DNA of 64,000 nt. Origin: an uncultured Verrucomicrobiae bacterium. Its GTDB lineage: Bacteria; Verrucomicrobiota; Verrucomicrobiia; Limisphaerales; Palsa-1400. How positions within the stretch are numbered: the first letter of the stretch is position 1; the number at the start of each line of letters is the position of its first letter. Shown piece by piece: positions 60,397 through 64,000 of this stretch. A program made the translations under genes and the position numbers. The stretch spans positions 1-64,000 of the forward strand of contig CAVPOM010000004.1 of NCBI GenBank assembly GCA_963707025.1, given 5' to 3'. Under the pieces are notes generated by a model. It made no database searches. It was not told where the DNA came from and worked only from the letters and a program-made list of their open reading frames with translations.

Positions 60397-60918
60397 TTCT
60401 GAGCGATGGTCATTGTATTTTGAGCCTTGTCCGGTCATTTTGGGACTCCGTTGGTGTACAAGGTTGCCAGTTGATCGTAGCCGCTCCTTTGAGAAGGTAA
60501 CGGCGGACCGCACCGGCGTCAAACTTAAAAGCCAGTTCCTTGCGGCACAGAATTTACTCTCATCTCCATAAACTGCGGCCTTCCAAGCCTTCGAGACGCG
60601 GGGCATACAGTCGCAATTCCCGCGCTCTTTCCTCGCCTTCGCGGACAATTCCAGGACTCAATGGCGTTGAAGCCACCCGGTTCATCCGCCTTCGCAGGGC
60701 CTCCTGTTCAAACCTCCTGTTCATTCCGCATTTTCTTTAAAACCGGCCTTGACAAAAATTAGAACCTATGGTTGAGTTGCCAGCGTGAGACACGTAGGCA
60801 CAGCCGCAAGCCGCCTCCCGGAGGTTGCGCCCGGCGCAGGCGTCGAGGGCGGGGAAAGATCCCCGGCACCTTGCCATGCGCGCCACCACCGAAATGGATG
60901 GCGGTCCGTTCTAGTTGT

Positions 60919-60974
60919 TTTCACCTGGTTTCACCTAATTTCACCTAATTTCACCTGGTTTCACCTAGTTTCAC
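60919..60974. repeat. 10-bp tandem repeat (tttcacctRR)x5.6
   Basis: Read directly; related to the unit at 11298. Confidence 0.9.
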
Positions 60975-61203
60975 TTCCCGGCCATAGGGGGCATGCCACC
61001 AACCCCATTTCTCCCCAGCTTTTGTGGTTTCCCACGTTACTTTGCGGCCATCGCATGCCTGCATGCCAACAATGGATCAACGACAGCCCATTGGCCAATT
61101 CCTTCCATTTTGCATTCTGCATTTTGCATTCTGCATTGCCTGCGCCCCATCACTCCATGACTCCACCACTCCACTCGGCGATTAGTTAATCCAGGCGACC
61201 GGC

Positions 61204-63540
61204 ATGAGCGCAGACCCAACCCAGCCCCAGCCGCAATCGGAAACACCGGCGCTGCCGGATTGGCCCAACTGCCTCTGCCTGAGCCTGCTGGCGGCGCTGA
61301 CCCTGGCCGTATTTTCGGAGGTGCTCCTGGTCAGGCCCGGCGAGGTGCTCTCGGACGGGCAGATGGACCTGGGCTATTTTTTTGTCCACTGGCGCTATTT
61401 TGGATTTCATGAATTGAAAATGGGGAATTTGGCGCTGTGGAATCCGCACTGCCTGAGCGGCACGCCGTTTTTCGGGAACTTCCAGTCGGCTTTGCTCTAT
61501 CCGCTGAATTTTCTTTATTTGCTGCTGCCGTTGCAGGCCGCCATCAACTGGAGCATCGCCTTGCATGTGTTTCTGGGGGGCGCGTTCACGTTTTATTGGA
61601 TGCGTCACCGCGGATTGCATTCCCTGGCCTGCCTGCTTTCGGGGGTGATGTTCATGTTGTGCGGTCCGCATTTTTTGCAGGTTCATGCCGGGCATTTGCC
61701 CAACCTTTGCACGCTGATCTGGGCGCCGCTGTTGTTCCTGGCCATGGACCAAATGCTGGACCGGCCCGGCCTGGCCCCGTGCCTGACCGGCATGTTTGCG
61801 GTGGCCATGTCGGTTTTGGCCGGGCATCCCCAGTTCGTCTTTTACATGGGTGTGGCTGCCGGCGTTTATGCCGTTTTGATTCTCCTCCGCCACCGGCCGG
61901 GCGGGAAAGTGATTTTGGGGCTGGCGGCGATGGCGGCGGGCGGGATCGCCTTGAGCGCCGTCCAACTTTTCACCGGCTTGCAGGAAGGAGGCGAGACGAT
62001 GCGGAGCGTCGGGATGTCGTATGATTTCGCCTCCAGTTTTTCCTTTCCCCCGGAGAACTTTCTCACGCTGGTGGCGCCGTGGTGCTTTGGGGACATGAAA
62101 AACGACCTGTATTGGGGCCGGTGGGCTTTGACGGAGGTGTCCCTTTTCGTCAGCGTGACGGGCCTGGTGCTGGCGGTGCAGGGCATGGCGCGGGGACGGC
62201 CGGCCACGCGGCGGTTTTTAATTGTCCTGCTGGTCATGGCGCTGGTGCTGGCGCTGGGCCGCTACACTCCGGTGTTTCGCCTGCTCTTCGATTATGTGCC
62301 GGGTTTCAACGTTTTCCGCGGCATGGATAAATTCCTCTGGCTGGCGGCTCTGTTTCTGGCGGCACTGGCGGGGATTGGCCTGGACCAGATGCTGCGGGGA
62401 CAGGCGGTGGCGCGCTGGCTGATTTGGGGAGCGGCCGGGGCGGGATTGGCGCTGTGCTTGCTGGCCTTTTTGCCGGCCCACGCCGCCTGGTGGGGCCGCA
62501 TGCTCCAAGGGATGCATCCGGAGGGATCGGTCAACCTGCCGGAAGGATATTACAAAGACCCGCTCTTCATTTTGCACAGCCAATCCCAGGCCTCCTGGAG
62601 CCTGGTGCGGGGCGGCATTTCCCTGTTCCTGGCCAGCGCGCTTCTGGCCCAGGTCAAACCGCGCCGCCGCCTGGCGTGCGGGGCCTTGCTGCTGCTGGCC
62701 GTGATCGAACTGGCCGATTTCGCCGGGACCTCGCTGGTGACGTTCCGAATCAGCGCGCCCTATGCCCCCGCCGTGGCGCAGTTCCTGGCCCAACACCCCG
62801 GCGACTATCGCATCCGCCACTACAACCCCAACAGCGCCATGACGACCGGGGCCTTGGATGTTTCCGGCGATGATCCGGCGGGGCTGACGCGCTATATGCG
62901 GCTGCTCTATTTTTCCGCGGGCATTGACTTCGACAAGGCCCAGCGCGGCAACTTCGCCCAAGAACCCAATACCAATGTCCTGCGCATGTTGCGCCTGCGC
63001 TATCTTTTTTCGGACGATGAAAAGACTTGCACGGAGCTGGCGGGCGGATTGCCGCATTTGTTGCTGGTGGACCGGTTTCGGCTGATGACCAATTACCATG
63101 AGATTTTTTCCACCCTGACCAATGAGAATTTCAAGATGGAGGAAGAGGTGATTCTGGAAAGCCGGCCCTCGCCGCTGCCGCAGCCGGCCCGTGAAAAGGG
63201 AACGGCGCGGCTGCTGGAATCCTCCACCGACTCCCTTAAAATCGAGGCGGAAGTGGGGGCGCCCGCGCTGTTGCTGATCACCGACTCCTACAGCCGCGGC
63301 TGGCGCGCCCTGGCGCTGCCGGGCAGCACGCAAGCCCGCTACGAGGTGATGCCGGCCAACTATTGTTTGCGGGTGATTCCGCTGGCGGCGGGGCGCCATT
63401 TGTTGCGGGTCGAGTATTCGCCGTCCGGCTTTCGCGTGGGGAAAGTGGTTTCCATCGTGGCCTTGGCCGTGTTTTTTGTCCTGCTGGCGATGGTGGTGAA
63501 AAATCGTTTTTGGGATGGGAAGGAGCTGGCTCCCGGGTAA
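61204..63540 (+). CDS. YfhO-family multi-pass membrane protein (GT-C-like)
   Basis: LWNP...GTPF...LYP.N, LAGHPQ, L.AVQL, C-terminal L...DSY..GW.A...AN...R...L.AG.H...Y.P. Confidence 0.8.
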   Translation: MSADPTQPQPQSETPALPDWPNCLCLSLLAALTLAVFSEVLLVRPGEVLSDGQMDLGYFFVHWRYFGFHELKMGNLALWNPHCLSGTPFFGNFQSALLYPLNFLYLLLPLQAAINWSIALHVFLGGAFTFYWMRHRGLHSLACLLSGVMFMLCGPHFLQVHAGHLPNLCTLIWAPLLFLAMDQMLDRPGLAPCLTGMFAVAMSVLAGHPQFVFYMGVAAGVYAVLILLRHRPGGKVILGLAAMAAGGIALSAVQLFTGLQEGGETMRSVGMSYDFASSFSFPPENFLTLVAPWCFGDMKNDLYWGRWALTEVSLFVSVTGLVLAVQGMARGRPATRRFLIVLLVMALVLALGRYTPVFRLLFDYVPGFNVFRGMDKFLWLAALFLAALAGIGLDQMLRGQAVARWLIWGAAGAGLALCLLAFLPAHAAWWGRMLQGMHPEGSVNLPEGYYKDPLFILHSQSQASWSLVRGGISLFLASALLAQVKPRRRLACGALLLLAVIELADFAGTSLVTFRISAPYAPAVAQFLAQHPGDYRIRHYNPNSAMTTGALDVSGDDPAGLTRYMRLLYFSAGIDFDKAQRGNFAQEPNTNVLRMLRLRYLFSDDEKTCTELAGGLPHLLLVDRFRLMTNYHEIFSTLTNENFKMEEEVILESRPSPLPQPAREKGTARLLESSTDSLKIEAEVGAPALLLITDSYSRGWRALALPGSTQARYEVMPANYCLRVIPLAAGRHLLRVEYSPSGFRVGKVVSIVALAVFFVLLAMVVKNRFWDGKELAPG

Positions 63541-63641
63541 GGAGAGGGCGATTTTCCGCGGAAAGCCGCCGGGTCTTTTTTGTGTTTTTTTGGTGTTGCA
63601 AGTGGTCAGGGTTGCATTATTGTCTTCCATCTTAATCGGAA

Positions 63642-63718
63642 GCGAGCGTAGCTCAGCCTGGTAGAGCATCACGTTGCCAACGTGAGTGTCGAGGGTTCGA
63701 ATCCCTTCGCTCGCTCCA
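63642..63718 (+). tRNA. tRNA-Gly (GCC)
   Basis: gcgagcg/cgctcgc acceptor stem, D arm, anticodon arm tcacg-ttgccaa-cgtga, T-loop ggttcgaatcc, encoded CCA. Confidence 0.97.
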
Positions 63719-64000
63719 TTTGCCCATTTGCGTCAGCGTGCGACAGACCGCGCCAAAGCCCCTCATTTACAAGCACTTGCGCGGGCTTTGCCTCTTCAAT
63801 CATTGCGACAGCTTGCGACCCGTTTTGACCCGCCGCGCCTAAAATCTGTGCGCGTCCTTGTGTATACCCCAACATCGGAGGCAATCCCTTGACAGCCTCG
63901 TAAATCTCAAATTGCGACCCATCCGTGTAACCGTCTGTCTGGTGCAGTGTTTGATGACGCATTTGCTTTCTCGCAAAATTATCGGAAATGCCGTGCTTGC

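Noticed and set aside
60700..60775. Possible LexA box (tgttc repeats near TTGACA)
   Set aside because: The half-sites are direct repeats, not an inverted TGTTC-N4-GAACA, and no SOS gene is adjacent

Overview
GC-rich bacterial chromosomal window. Gene content suggests Verrucomicrobiota, probably Pedosphaerales-like (inference from Gloeo_Verruco-type repeats, an H-X9-D prepilin and BspA-like proteins). Housekeeping genes include serS, glgA, ispH, mutL, pyrR-pyrB, fabG-acpP-fabF, mrp/apbC, a YebC-family gene and tRNA-Gly(GCC). They are interleaved with sugar-use genes and four large secreted proteins. Accessory elements are a complete compact type II-C CRISPR-Cas9 locus (cas9-cas1-cas2, 10 repeats, predicted short tracrRNA), a 1905-bp IS4-family element with a divergent passenger gene inserted into a REP-like palindrome, a PemK/MazF TA pair and an OLD-like ATPase with an apparently dead TOPRIM domain. 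The best candidates for new biology are: (1) an Rrf2-IscU-IscS operon whose IscS lacks the PLP lysine and other PLP contacts; (2) a divergent ~1043-aa Cas9 with a C8-containing repeat and a minimal tracrRNA; (3) a shared C-terminal domain on unrelated secreted proteins that may be a sorting signal; (4) tandem lipoprotein-pilin fusions. At least seven single-base frameshifts, several in core genes, look like sequencing/assembly errors rather than pseudogenes. All assignments are from motif reading by eye; no database searches were run.
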